Under the pieces are notes generated by a model, which saw nothing but the letters and a program-made list of their open reading frames with translations, was not told where the DNA came from and ran no database searches. Positions 21,156 through 31,490 of a stretch of 32,000 nucleotides of DNA are shown piece after piece. How positions within the stretch are numbered: the stretch's first letter is position 1; each line of letters begins with the position of its first letter. The stretch is from sequence record OZ262643.1. One strand, given 5' to 3'. The translations under genes and the position numbers were made by a program.

Positions 21156-22511
21156 AATAAGACAAATTATAGAATCATTACTACTATTTGAATAAACAAT
21201 TAAATAGCGATATAAACTATTAATATTAAAAAGATTTTCTTCAAAAGATAAAACAGCTCTATTAGTAGAAGCTAAAAACTGAAATGCATCTAACTTTTTA
21301 TAAAACCAAACTTGGGAATATGATAGATAACTTAACATAGTACTCAACATTAACGTGAAAAAACCTAAATAAACTATGACAATCCCAGAATCCATTTTTA
21401 TCTGTAAACCAGTACTCGTTAAAACATCATCAATAACAAAGCGCAAATTATTAAGATAAAATGGTTGATCTATTAAAATTCTACCTATAAGTAAGCCCTC
21501 AGGATTAAATAAAACAATAGGGCTACTTAAATCAAATATAGCAAAAAATACTTGTTTATAATCATCCATAATAATATTACATAACCAACACTTTTTATTA
21601 TTGATGACTGTTTTAACAAGCTTTTTTTGTAGTATCTGATTATCAGCTAAGCGAATTTTGAAAGCATTAAGCTCCCAATCAGTTTGATAAAAAGTTAGAT
21701 TAGAATATTTTAAAGGCTTGTTAACAGAAATTGTTTTAGCAAGCAAAACTTCATTTTGTCCAGATATCAATGATAATTTAGAAAAAAATTGTCTTATAGA
21801 ACCATCAACATTATAATCAATACTAAAATTATCAACACGACCAAATAGATTAGATGGAAAACAATTAAACAACCCAGAATGCACAATATTTCTTATATGA
21901 AATAACTCACCATTAGGAATAATTTCTTGTGCCACAAAATTTGACACAAAACTGAACATAGAACCTAGCAGAATAGCTACAATACTAAAATGAACAAAAA
22001 TTGGAGATATACGTCCATAAAGTCCCTTATAAGAATATATTGAATCTCCTTGACCAAATACAAAAAACTCAGTATATACTAAGGAATAAGCCATAATGAT
22101 TAAAGAATTATTGTTAAATAAGTCATTATTTGTAAAAGAAAAATCCGAACGATGAATATCATTATGATAAATAAATTTCCATCTTCTCGCATTTTTTAAG
22201 CTAGGCAATTGTGTAAAAAAAGTACAAGACAACAAAGTTAACATAAAAGCAATAAGAATTAAGATAAACCAAAAAGTTTGAAAAATATGATCTAGTCCTA
22301 AATAATAAATAAGTTTCCAATTTAAAATTGAATTACTTAGAATAGTCTCAGGATAATTATCTTGATAGTATAGTAATGTTTGGTCTTGCTCAATTAATGA
22401 TCCTAACATACAACATATAGAAATTAAAAATAGTATAAAAATTGACAAATTTAAATTTGCTAATTTTTTTAAAATAGTCCAAAACAAATTTTTTAAATCG
22501 AAGTTTAACAT
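21147..22511 (-). CDS. ccs1: Cytochrome c biogenesis protein Ccs1 (ycf44, ResB-like)
   Basis: LKKLANLNLSIFILFLISICCMLGSLIEQDQ is the typical Ccs1 N-terminal TM region. The preferred start is the ATG at 22511 (MLNFDLK). The track ATG at 22622 would overlap ccdA by 82 nt. Confidence 0.85.
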   Translation of the reverse strand: MLNFDLKNLFWTILKKLANLNLSIFILFLISICCMLGSLIEQDQTLLYYQDNYPETILSNSILNWKLIYYLGLDHIFQTFWFILILIAFMLTLLSCTFFTQLPSLKNARRWKFIYHNDIHRSDFSFTNNDLFNNNSLIIMAYSLVYTEFFVFGQGDSIYSYKGLYGRISPIFVHFSIVAILLGSMFSFVSNFVAQEIIPNGELFHIRNIVHSGLFNCFPSNLFGRVDNFSIDYNVDGSIRQFFSKLSLISGQNEVLLAKTISVNKPLKYSNLTFYQTDWELNAFKIRLADNQILQKKLVKTVINNKKCWLCNIIMDDYKQVFFAIFDLSSPIVLFNPEGLLIGRILIDQPFYLNNLRFVIDDVLTSTGLQIKMDSGIVIVYLGFFTLMLSTMLSYLSYSQVWFYKKLDAFQFLASTNRAVLSFEENLFNINSLYRYLIVYSNSSNDSIICLILK

Positions 22512-22540
22512 AAACAATATATAGAGTAAAATAAATAAAA

Positions 22541-23275
22541 TTATAAGAAAAATTTTCTTAATAGCAGCAAGAAAGAACAAATAAACAAAAAGGAACCACT
22601 TAAAGGCACAAATGAATTCCATAACAGAATTAAAGATTTTAAGGTCTCATTTTTTATTTTCAAATTTAAAATAACTAATAAGATAAAAAAACAACCGAAT
22701 AAATATGTAGACAAATAAAAGAATAAATACAACGTATTGTTAGTATGTTTGAGTAAAAATACCAAGAGCACAATAATAGACGTGTTACATGGTGTAGAAC
22801 CTAATCCAATAACTAAACCCATAAAATAACTTTGTAAGTTTATATTAAACTTAATAATCCAATCTAAGCGAGAATAAAAAATTTTAGAAATCAATGAAAA
22901 TTCTAAAATTTTCATCAAATTGAGTGCAACTACAATTAAAATCAGTGATGATATTAACGGTAAATGATAAAAAAAAGAGTATAAGTTAATGTAGCTACTT
23001 ATTAAAAAAGTAATGCATATACTACTAATAATACCAAATATAAACATTAGTATATTTACTGCTTTACGCGTTTTTGAATTAATATATGTAAATAGTATAG
23101 GAAACATAGAAATAAAACATGGCGTTAACACAGTTAATATACCCATAGATACTAACAAAGGAAACAATGCAAAATTTATATCACCAGAACTTATACGTAA
23201 AAATCGATAAATAGTCTGATAGAATAAATACAAAAATACTTGATACTTATCCAATACTTGATTTAAATAAAACAT
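22541..23275 (-). CDS. ccdA: Cytochrome c-type biogenesis thiol-disulfide transporter CcdA/DsbD
   Basis: 244-aa polytopic membrane protein. The two conserved Cys residues sit in TM contexts (LTVLTPCF and LGSTPCN). It lies immediately upstream of ccs1 on the same strand. Confidence 0.85.
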   Translation of the reverse strand: MFYLNQVLDKYQVFLYLFYQTIYRFLRISSGDINFALFPLLVSMGILTVLTPCFISMFPILFTYINSKTRKAVNILMFIFGIISSICITFLISSYINLYSFFYHLPLISSLILIVVALNLMKILEFSLISKIFYSRLDWIIKFNINLQSYFMGLVIGLGSTPCNTSIIVLLVFLLKHTNNTLYLFFYLSTYLFGCFFILLVILNLKIKNETLKSLILLWNSFVPLSGSFLFICSFLLLLRKFFL

Positions 23276-23327
23276 AATATTAATTACAAAAACAGTGTCA
23301 ACGAATATATAAGCAGTTAACAGACAA

Positions 23328-23375
23328 TAACTAATAAGTATATTAACTAATAAGTATATTAACTAATAAGTATAT
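23328..23375. repeat. Perfect tandem repeat, 3 x 16 bp (taactaataagtatat)
   Basis: Counted directly: identical copies at 23328-23343, 23344-23359 and 23360-23375. The repeat lies in the spacer between trnN and the ccdA start. Confidence 0.95.
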
Positions 23376-23401
23376 ATAGTAATAAATTAGTAAATTAATT
23401 A

Positions 23402-23473
23402 CTCCCCAGGAAGGACTTGAACCTACGACCAATCGGTTAACAGCCGACCGCTCTACCACTGAGCTACTGAGGA
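23402..23473 (-). tRNA. trnN: tRNA-Asn (GUU)
   Basis: The reverse complement is TCCTCAG TA GCTC AGTGGTA GAGC G GTCGG CTGTTAA CCGAT TGGTC GTAGG TTCAAGT CCTTC CTGGGGA G. There is one U-U mismatch in the T-stem. Confidence 0.88.
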
Positions 23474-23609
23474 AACGTTACCACATAACTCTACTAATAA
23501 AACTATAAAAATACAAGTATATTTTAAATTAGAAAATCATTTTCACTTGCCTTTACTATAAAATCATAGTAATATTGTCTAAGAAGCAGTGGAGCATAAA
23601 TACAATAAA

Positions 23610-23692
23610 GCGGATGTGGTGGAATTGGCAGACACGCTAGATTTAGGTTCTAGTGAGTATACCTCGTGAGAGTTCGAGTCTCTCCATCCGCA
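23610..23692 (+). tRNA. trnL: tRNA-Leu (UAG)
   Basis: 83 nt with a long variable arm. The acceptor is GCGGATG/CATCCGC-A, the anticodon arm is CTAGA TTTAGGT TCTAG and the T-arm is GAGAG TTCGAGT CTCTC. Confidence 0.9.
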
Positions 23693-23731
23693 TATTAAAA
23701 ATTCATAATCGATAATATATGCTTCATCAAA

Positions 23732-24118
23732 CTAGCTTAAATAACTAGTAGACCATCTTTTCAACTTAATTTTAATTGAACCATCAGCTATAGTTTTTTC
23801 GCTTACTTTATTAAAACCATTTAAACAAGCTTGATTCAAAATTATATTATATGCGTAAATCTGAGATAAAGAATCAATAAAGTAATTGAAATCGATATCA
23901 AGACTCCATGAATGTACATCAGCTAACAAGTTATAATAAGTACCATTCCATACGAAACTAAACAAATGATTATCAAGATTACAATTAGCATAAACAAGAA
24001 GATCTTTTTGAGATAAAGAATCTGCAGAATACTTATAAATGAGGCCCATGTCATTTAAAGTCTTAGTTAGAATATCATTGTTAGCAATATTAGTTTTAAT
24101 CTTACTGAGATGTGACAT
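23732..24118 (-). CDS. ycf35: Conserved plastid protein ycf35 (DUF1257-like)
   Basis: 128 aa. The N-terminus MSHLSKIKTNI...L...L.D.G resembles ycf35 of red-algal plastids and cyanobacteria. The assignment is from recall. Confidence 0.6.
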   Translation of the reverse strand: MSHLSKIKTNIANNDILTKTLNDMGLIYKYSADSLSQKDLLVYANCNLDNHLFSFVWNGTYYNLLADVHSWSLDIDFNYFIDSLSQIYAYNIILNQACLNGFNKVSEKTIADGSIKIKLKRWSTSYLS

Positions 24119-24291
24119 AAAATAGGATTAAATAATAAAAATTAATAATAATTAATATTATAAATTCAAATAAATATTTGAAGCAATAAATGACTCATTT
24201 CTTAATAAATAAAGCTTAGTGAACTAAAAATTTTTTTCTAAAAAACTTTACAGATAATATAAAATCTTGTAATAATATATTTAACAAGTAA

Positions 24292-25431
<1,140 letters not shown>

Positions 25432-25473
25432 TTAGTCACATTTTTGATAGAATAACTATTAGTATCAACAGTG

Positions 25474-25506
25474 AAAAGCTATAATACATCAACTATTATA
25501 GCTTTT
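25474..25506. terminator. Strong stem-loop between convergent psbA and rne
   Basis: aaaagctataata (25474-25486) and tattatagctttt (25494-25506) form a perfect 13-bp stem with a 7-nt loop. A T-run continues after the stem on the + strand. It lies 43 nt after the psbA stop and 38 nt after the rne stop. Confidence 0.55.
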
Positions 25507-25543
25507 TTATTTGATAACTAAAAAATCAAAATATTCACATTAT

Positions 25544-27070
25544 TTAAATAACAAGAAAGAGATCATGTATTAGCTGTATACGTTTAATTACTTTAAAATA
25601 GAAAACTAAGGGGACAAGATAATTTGCTTTAGGATTAAACAAATATACTAAGTGACTACAATCTATCAATGTAAAATATTTACGATACACAAGGTCATTA
25701 AAATTAAAAGATTTACTTGCTAATAACTTGGTCCTATGAAAGTGTTTACTGAAAAATAGAGAATGAATATTTCTATTTACTAAAAACTTACTACTATAAT
25801 ATTTATTTGAAATACTTGAAAATAGCTTGAAATATAAACGACTAGGAAAATAAAAATTTGAATACTTTAAAGGTACTAACTCTGGTTTACTAAAAAGTTC
25901 TTGCAGACTTTGACCTTTACGACGCCTAGTTAATTCCAATAAACCAAGTTGAGATAACTGTACTACTTGAGGTTTTGCATTATCTAGATTAAGTATATTA
26001 CTAAAGTGTTCAAGTAATTTTAACTGATCCTTCTGAAAATACATATCAATAAAATCAACAACTATAACACCATTAATATTCCTTATTCTTAATTGATAAG
26101 CTATTTCCATAGCTGCATACAAATTTATTCTCAGAATAGTGTTTCTAGAATTATCTGGCTTATTAAAAGAACCAGAATTAACATCAATTATAGTCAAAGC
26201 TTCATAATGCTCTATGATAATATAACCGCCACATAATAATTTTATTTTTGGCCTTAAAACAGCTTTAATGGTTTGCTTAACATTAAATTTATTCAATATA
26301 CAATCTTGCTTATCATATACTTGCAATTTAGTCATATGCAAAGATGAAATACATGACCATTTTTTCAGATAATAGTAGGTTAATCTTAATCCATTCTTAG
26401 AATCTATTATCATTTTACTAATAGTTTTATCATAAAAATCCCGTACTATCTTTCTTACTATATCTTCATCTTTATATACTAGACAAGGTTTAGACGTAAT
26501 AAAAGCCATTTTTTGTATAAAAAGCCATTGTTTAACAAGTAAATCTAAGTCATTCAATATAACTGTTTCTAAGATACCTTGAGCTGCTGATTTGATTAGC
26601 AAACCCATCGAATCAGGCTTACTTAACACAGCTAAAGAATATAAATGCATGCGTTCGTTATTATCATAAATCCTACTAGAAACTACAACCACATCACAAA
26701 AAGGCATTAAGACAATGTATCTGCCATGCAGTTGTATATTAGCAGTGAGACGAGGTCCTTTATTAAAAGTAGGCTCTTTAATCACTTGAACTAGTATCAA
26801 CTGGTTCACTGACAAAATGTCAGTTATATGAGAAAATTTATAACTTCTTTTGAGAGGCTTAATATCATTTAAGTGAATAAAACCACTCTTACCATGTTTT
26901 CCTAATTTCACAAAAGCAGCATTAATACTAGAAAAAATTTTCTGGACAATTCCTATATATATGTCATTGACTTGGTAATTGTCATTTATAACAATAATTT
27001 CTTCTACTCTATTATCTTGTACGATTGCTGCAATACTATTGAAATAGGAAATTATAATTTTTTTTACCAT
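25544..27070 (-). CDS. rne: Ribonuclease E/G
   Basis: 508 aa. It has an N-terminal S1-like region (IYIGIVQKIFSSINAAFVKLG..GFIH). The catalytic DNase-I-like motifs IIDVNSGSF and VVDFIDM are intact. Confidence 0.85.
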   Translation of the reverse strand: MVKKIIISYFNSIAAIVQDNRVEEIIVINDNYQVNDIYIGIVQKIFSSINAAFVKLGKHGKSGFIHLNDIKPLKRSYKFSHITDILSVNQLILVQVIKEPTFNKGPRLTANIQLHGRYIVLMPFCDVVVVSSRIYDNNERMHLYSLAVLSKPDSMGLLIKSAAQGILETVILNDLDLLVKQWLFIQKMAFITSKPCLVYKDEDIVRKIVRDFYDKTISKMIIDSKNGLRLTYYYLKKWSCISSLHMTKLQVYDKQDCILNKFNVKQTIKAVLRPKIKLLCGGYIIIEHYEALTIIDVNSGSFNKPDNSRNTILRINLYAAMEIAYQLRIRNINGVIVVDFIDMYFQKDQLKLLEHFSNILNLDNAKPQVVQLSQLGLLELTRRRKGQSLQELFSKPELVPLKYSNFYFPSRLYFKLFSSISNKYYSSKFLVNRNIHSLFFSKHFHRTKLLASKSFNFNDLVYRKYFTLIDCSHLVYLFNPKANYLVPLVFYFKVIKRIQLIHDLFLVI

Positions 27071-27139
27071 CCATAAAATAAGAAAAATTCATTAACATGA
27101 ATTCATGTTTAAATAAAACAATATTATTAGTTCAATATA

Positions 27140-27394
27140 CTATATCACATCAACGCTTATGCACATTTTCGTCTTTTTTGTACCATGAAATCTAACGATG
27201 CCTGAAACCAAAGAAAAAATAGTGTAATCTTTACCCTGACCTACATTAGAACCAGCGTTAAACTTACTTCCCCTTTGCCGTATAATGATATTTCCGGGCT
27301 CTACCATATGGCCACCATATTTTTTAATTCCTAATCTTTTTGATTTAGAGTCACGACCATTTTTAGTACTACCACTGCCTTTTTTATGTGCCAT
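27140..27394 (-). CDS. rpl27: 50S ribosomal protein L27
   Basis: [25 protein letters not shown]...G.IIIRQRG. Confidence 0.95.
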   Translation of the reverse strand: MAHKKGSGSTKNGRDSKSKRLGIKKYGGHMVEPGNIIIRQRGSKFNAGSNVGQGKDYTIFSLVSGIVRFHGTKKTKMCISVDVI

Positions 27395-27459
27395 ATATCA
27401 ATTTCAAGTAATTTATTTATTTAATTTTAATTATCAGATTTAATATTTTAAGTTTATGA

Positions 27460-27771
27460 TCATAATATCTTTTCTACAAAGATTCGAGTTAGCTTTTGAC
27501 GATGACCTATTTTAACACGACTATTCTTTTTAGGTTTAACTTTAAAAACAGTTAATTTTTTTCCTTTCAAATGTCTCAACACTTTTGCTTTAACACTAAC
27601 ATTATTCAAACATGGGCGACCAACACTCAAATTATTAGACTGAGCAATAAGTAAAACTCTATTCAAATTAATAATATCACCAGGATTAGCATGCATATAA
27701 TTAACATCATAAAACTTACCTGGTTCAATAATAAGTTGATTACCACCTAATTCAATAACAGCATATACCAT
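27460..27771 (-). CDS. rpl21: 50S ribosomal protein L21
   Basis: MVYAVIELGGNQLIIEPGKFYDVN..., with a basic C-terminus. It lies upstream of rpl27 as in the bacterial rplU-rpmA operon. Confidence 0.93.
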   Translation of the reverse strand: MVYAVIELGGNQLIIEPGKFYDVNYMHANPGDIINLNRVLLIAQSNNLSVGRPCLNNVSVKAKVLRHLKGKKLTVFKVKPKKNSRVKIGHRQKLTRIFVEKIL

Positions 27772-27860
27772 AAATAAAAAATTTCAATTAAAATAAATAT
27801 ATATAAATAATAATTTTCATATAAACTTGTCACTATGTAACAACATACTTAAAACAATAA

Positions 27861-28526
27861 TTACACATTAACGATAAACGTATTTTCAATAAATTTTCTC
27901 CTATAAAAACTATTAATCAAATAGTTCACATTAGATCCTGTAATATTACTAGCAGTTAAATGAATACCATCTAAAATAAATCCATCTGGTAATAACAAAC
28001 TCATACCTTTTTTTAATTTACCATATAAAGGACCAGGAACTAAATAATTACTACGTGCTTTATCCAAAAAAAATGTACCATATTGTTCTGATCTAGTTAA
28101 AATCAATTCAACAGAAGACCTACTACATAATGAATAAATACGACACCCATAATTATTAACAATTAAACCTGTTTTTAATACATGTAAGTAAACTACATAA
28201 TTAAAATTAGTACGAGAGTATTTTTTACCCAAGTCTAAATAGTACTTAAGATCAACTGGACCATACAAATGCAAAGATTTAGTACGACCTATTAAATTTA
28301 AACTAGATAATAAACCAAGTAATCCTGAAATATTATTAATATGCAAATTCACTATAATAATTTTAGAGATATTATTAATTTTAAAACCTTGATTCACAAC
28401 ATTAAATTGACACCCATCAGCACAATTAAATATCCAAAGATCTTTGAAAGATGATAACTTAATTAACATATTTATGCTAAATTTATATATACAATAGTAG
28501 TTAGCACCTAAATAGAATAATACCAT
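27861..28526 (-). CDS. RNase Z (rnz/ycf56)-like metallo-beta-lactamase-fold protein, truncated and lacking the HxHxDH motif; possible pseudo-enzyme or decaying gene
   Basis: 221 aa with an ATG start. It is colinear by eye with RNase Z: LWIFNCADGCQ vs LWLFDCGEGTQ, KIIIVNLHINNISGLLGLL vs KIFITHxHGDHxxGLPGLL, HLYGP, and VPGPLYGKLKKG. The HxHxDH position reads NLHINN (codons 28332-28349). The ORF ends before the C-terminal His motifs. Confidence 0.6.
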   Translation of the reverse strand: MVLFYLGANYYCIYKFSINMLIKLSSFKDLWIFNCADGCQFNVVNQGFKINNISKIIIVNLHINNISGLLGLLSSLNLIGRTKSLHLYGPVDLKYYLDLGKKYSRTNFNYVVYLHVLKTGLIVNNYGCRIYSLCSRSSVELILTRSEQYGTFFLDKARSNYLVPGPLYGKLKKGMSLLLPDGFILDGIHLTASNITGSNVNYLINSFYRRKFIENTFIVNV

Positions 28527-28581
28527 ACTATATGGTATAGTTAAACTTACTAATATATAACTAGGATTGCATCAAAGATAA

Positions 28582-28749
28582 TTAATGATCAAAAATATCG
28601 AGAGTCTTGTCGTAGACAAATGTAGGAGAGTTCCCACTTAAAATGCAGATAGCAAGTGATAAAGATCTTTGACTAACCGGTTTTGCTTTCTGATACCAAT
28701 AAAATTTGCGCGATTTAGATTTTGAAGTCTTTTTCTTAGGAACAGCCAT
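28582..28749 (-). CDS. rpl32: 50S ribosomal protein L32
   Basis: MAVPKKKTSKSKSRKFYW is the canonical L32 N-terminus. The track start at 28788 is a GTG 13 codons upstream and is not needed. Confidence 0.85.
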   Translation of the reverse strand: MAVPKKKTSKSKSRKFYWYQKAKPVSQRSLSLAICILSGNSPTFVYDKTLDIFDH

Positions 28750-28884
28750 ATGAAATGATATTATTAATAGATTTATACAATAAAACACTTATACTAATTT
28801 TAAAAGTAGAACCAATTATTAAATTACATGGTTCTTTACTTTTTATTAAGAACTAACATAACCATAATTTATATCACAATTATA

Positions 28885-28989
28885 CTACATACTGCGGAAC
28901 TGCTGTAAAGCAATTCTACCTATATTATATACAGCCCATGAACCAGCAGCAATTACTGGCATAAAAACAATTAAAAGTCTAATATCCAT
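28885..28989 (-). CDS. psbY: Photosystem II protein PsbY (ycf32)
   Basis: Hand-translated 34 aa: [39 protein letters not shown] lies upstream. Confidence 0.8.
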   Translation of the reverse strand: MDIRLLIVFMPVIAAGSWAVYNIGRIALQQFRSM

Positions 28990-29171
28990 ATATAAAAACT
29001 CCTTAAAGTTAATAGTAAATCCATTTTTTATAAAGCCAACAGCACTTTCTTATATACTATAAATACTATATTTTAACTCCAATTAATATATAAAACGAAA
29101 CAAAATTTATAGTACAAACAAAAAATAGCAAGAAATCACCTAGTAATACAATTAATTTTTATATTTAACAC

Positions 29172-30119
29172 ATGAGAGATTTACCATTTACGTTAGACCA
29201 ACTAAGAATTTTAAAAGCAATTATTAAAGAAGGTAGCTTTAAAAAAGCTGCTGATAGCCTATATGTATCTCAGCCGGCAATTAGCTTACAAATACAAAAT
29301 TTAGAAAAGCAATTAAATATACCAATTTTCGAAAGAAGTAGTAAAAAAGCAACACTCACAGAAGCAGGTAATCTATTACTTAGGTACGGAGGGCGAATCT
29401 TAGCATTATGCGAAGAAACATGTCGAGCATTAGAAGATATACAAAACCTCCAGGGTGGATCATTAATAATTGGTGCCAGCCAAACAACAGGAACATACTT
29501 AATGCCAAGACTCATAGGCCTTTTTAGACAGCGTTATCCACAAGTTAACATACAACTACAAGTACATTCAACACGTTTAATTTCATGGAGTGTTGCAAAT
29601 GGCCAAGTAGATTTAGCTGTAATTGGCGGTGAAGTACCGAATGAACTAAAAGATATTTTACAAATTACATCCTATGCAGAAGATGAATTAGCTCTAATTT
29701 TGCCAATTTCACATACTTTTTCACAAGTAGCACATATCCAAAAAGAAGACCTATATAGATTACGTTTTATAGCACTTGACACACAGTCAACAATCAGAAA
29801 AGTAATTGACAAAATTTTAAATCAACACGGCATTGATAGTAGTAGATTCACAATTGAAATGGAACTAAACTCAATAGAAGCTATTAAAAATGCAGTTCAA
29901 TCGGGCTTAGGAGCAGCATTTGTATCAGTATCTGCAATAGCTAAAGAGCTAGAGCTTGGCATTATACATTGGGCCAAAATAAAAAATGTTACAATTAAAC
30001 GAATGCTTTCGATTATAGTACATCCGAATCGTTATAAATCTAAGGCAGCTGATACATTTAGTCGAGAAATTTTAACTCTCTTTGTAAGACCTAACAATAA
30101 TAGAATTCTTACAGATTAA
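29172..30119 (+). CDS. rbcR: LysR-type transcriptional regulator (RbcR/ycf30)
   Basis: 315 aa. The N-terminal wHTH is [41 protein letters not shown], followed by a C-terminal LysR substrate-binding domain. Confidence 0.9.
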   Translation: MRDLPFTLDQLRILKAIIKEGSFKKAADSLYVSQPAISLQIQNLEKQLNIPIFERSSKKATLTEAGNLLLRYGGRILALCEETCRALEDIQNLQGGSLIIGASQTTGTYLMPRLIGLFRQRYPQVNIQLQVHSTRLISWSVANGQVDLAVIGGEVPNELKDILQITSYAEDELALILPISHTFSQVAHIQKEDLYRLRFIALDTQSTIRKVIDKILNQHGIDSSRFTIEMELNSIEAIKNAVQSGLGAAFVSVSAIAKELELGIIHWAKIKNVTIKRMLSIIVHPNRYKSKAADTFSREILTLFVRPNNNRILTD

Positions 30120-30132
30120 AGTTTTCAAGACA

Positions 30133-30435
30133 TTAATCAGGCAGAAAAATAGATTGAGACTGAAAACTACCAACATAAACAAAACTAATTCTTAATTTCA
30201 ACCACTTTATAAAATCTTCATCTAGAGATACAATGGCAGCTAGTGATTGAGATATACTGAAATCATATTTTGTATTATCCAAAATAGAAATAAATTGAGG
30301 CTTTATTGTAAACCAAAAATCAACCTCTTTATTAAGACTTTGGTAATAATGAGTTCTTTCACGCAGTATTTCTTCTATTGGCTCCTGATAAAGAAAAAAA
30401 TCTTTACTAGCAATTGCAAAATAATAATTGTACAT
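30133..30435 (-). CDS. ycf54: Ycf54-like protein (DUF2488; Mg-protoporphyrin monomethyl ester cyclase accessory factor family)
   Basis: 100 aa. MYNYYFAIASKDFFLYQEPIEEILRERTHYYQSLNKEVDFWF resembles the conserved Ycf54 N-terminal half. Confidence 0.7.
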   Translation of the reverse strand: MYNYYFAIASKDFFLYQEPIEEILRERTHYYQSLNKEVDFWFTIKPQFISILDNTKYDFSISQSLAAIVSLDEDFIKWLKLRISFVYVGSFQSQSIFLPD

Positions 30436-30560
30436 TATACTATAAAAAATTGTTCAACAAACTTCTCAAAATTGTTTATAAATTTTATTTTAATACAAAA
30501 ATATAAACATAAGAAGTATTTACTAAAAATAGATAGAATGAGTTAATAAAAAACATCCAA

Positions 30561-31490
30561 ATGATTAAATACTGGCCTAGCCAACAAAGCATTAAACTGA
30601 ATAATGCTATAGTAGAACTATTTTTAGTAACAGAAAGAAAATTTTACTATCACTTAATAAATCAGACTAATTATTATTTATACATAGATATCCTCAATAA
30701 TAAGAACAAACATATACTATTGAAAACAATTCTTAATGAATTTAAAAACCTGTTACTCAATTTAGTAGAAATTAATATAAATCAAAAGCAATTAGATTAT
30801 CTAAATAACAAAATTTTTATTATTTTCATCAAAACAACATCAATAAAATTACAATTAAATAAACATAAAAAAAATCATAATAAAGTCATTGAGATTAACA
30901 ATTCTTTTCTAATTAAAGAATTAATTACGTACTTAATGTTTGGTTCAGGTACAATTAATATTAATATATTTTCATTTGATCCAATATATACACCTTATAA
31001 ACACGTACAAATTCTATTTGAAAATTTCATCATTCAAGTGGCTAATACCATTATTAAAAGCACTATCGAAGAATTAAGTAACTTTTCAGCAATCAATAGT
31101 TTTTTAAAAAAAGATAATAAATTCAATCAAATATACACATCTAATCGATCTATTATACTTTTTTTAAATAACTTAAGGTTACAAGATATAATAGACTCAT
31201 ACATTTATAAAACCAAATCTTTATATAACGAACGTGAACAAATATGGCTTATTAGCTCTAGCGGAATTATAACTAAATACATATATGTCTCAAAGATCGA
31301 AAAATTAAAAAATTTAAATCAAATACAAACAATATTTTTATTTTGGTTAGAAATCAAAGATATTACGATACCTAAAATAGAGAAAGTAATTATACAAGTA
31401 GGAAAATATATTATATATTTTATCGTTAATTTTTTCAGCAATTTAGTGATTCTACTGATCAGAATTATTATTTTTTATCTAAGCAAATAA
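30561..31490 (+). CDS. ycf55: Conserved plastid protein, probably ycf55 (DUF3685-like)
   Basis: 309-aa ORF, extremely AT-biased (N/I/K-rich), with a hydrophobic C-terminal tail (IIYFIVNFFSNLVILLIRIIIFYL). The assignment rests on its size, its position next to ycf54 and ycf53, and a remembered N-terminal similarity (M..YWP). Confidence 0.45.
   Translation: MIKYWPSQQSIKLNNAIVELFLVTERKFYYHLINQTNYYLYIDILNNKNKHILLKTILNEFKNLLLNLVEININQKQLDYLNNKIFIIFIKTTSIKLQLNKHKKNHNKVIEINNSFLIKELITYLMFGSGTININIFSFDPIYTPYKHVQILFENFIIQVANTIIKSTIEELSNFSAINSFLKKDNKFNQIYTSNRSIILFLNNLRLQDIIDSYIYKTKSLYNEREQIWLISSSGIITKYIYVSKIEKLKNLNQIQTIFLFWLEIKDITIPKIEKVIIQVGKYIIYFIVNFFSNLVILLIRIIIFYLSK

Noticed and set aside
22512-22622. 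Upstream ATG (22622) for ccs1, giving an 82-nt overlap with ccdA
   Set aside because: The conserved Ccs1 N-terminal TM region begins just after the internal ATG at 22511. The extension is hydrophobic filler derived from the ccdA 3' end read in another frame.
23013-23210. Track ORF 23013..23210(+), antisense to ccdA
   Set aside because: This is a shadow ORF inside a membrane-protein gene.
23328-23375. Considered whether the 16-bp repeats are a mini CRISPR array
   Set aside because: The copies are directly adjacent with no spacers and are AT-only. No cas genes are present, and the context is a plastid genome.
24247-24275. -35/-10-like pair upstream of psbA (TTTACA, 17 nt, TAATAA), and a similar pair upstream of trnL (TTGCCT at 23547, 17 nt, TAATAT at 23570)
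   Set aside because: Both are plausible sigma70-type plastid promoters. In spacers this AT-rich, hexamers of this quality occur by chance many times, so I cannot support them without 5'-end mapping.
29032-29070. Looked for a LysR-type operator (T-N11-A or TNA-N7-TNA) in the divergent psbY-rbcR spacer. I found AAAG-N9-CTTT (29032-29048) and a direct repeat atactata-a-atactata (29054-29070).
   Set aside because: Neither is a convincing dyad of LysR type. The half-sites are short and their composition is what AT-rich DNA produces by chance.
29270-29515. Track ORF 29270..29515(-), antisense to rbcR
   Set aside because: This is a shadow ORF inside a conserved gene.
30247-30546. Track ORF 30247..30546(+), overlapping ycf54 on the opposite strand
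   Set aside because: The opposite-strand frame encodes a recognisable Ycf54. This frame gives a low-complexity I/K/N-rich peptide.
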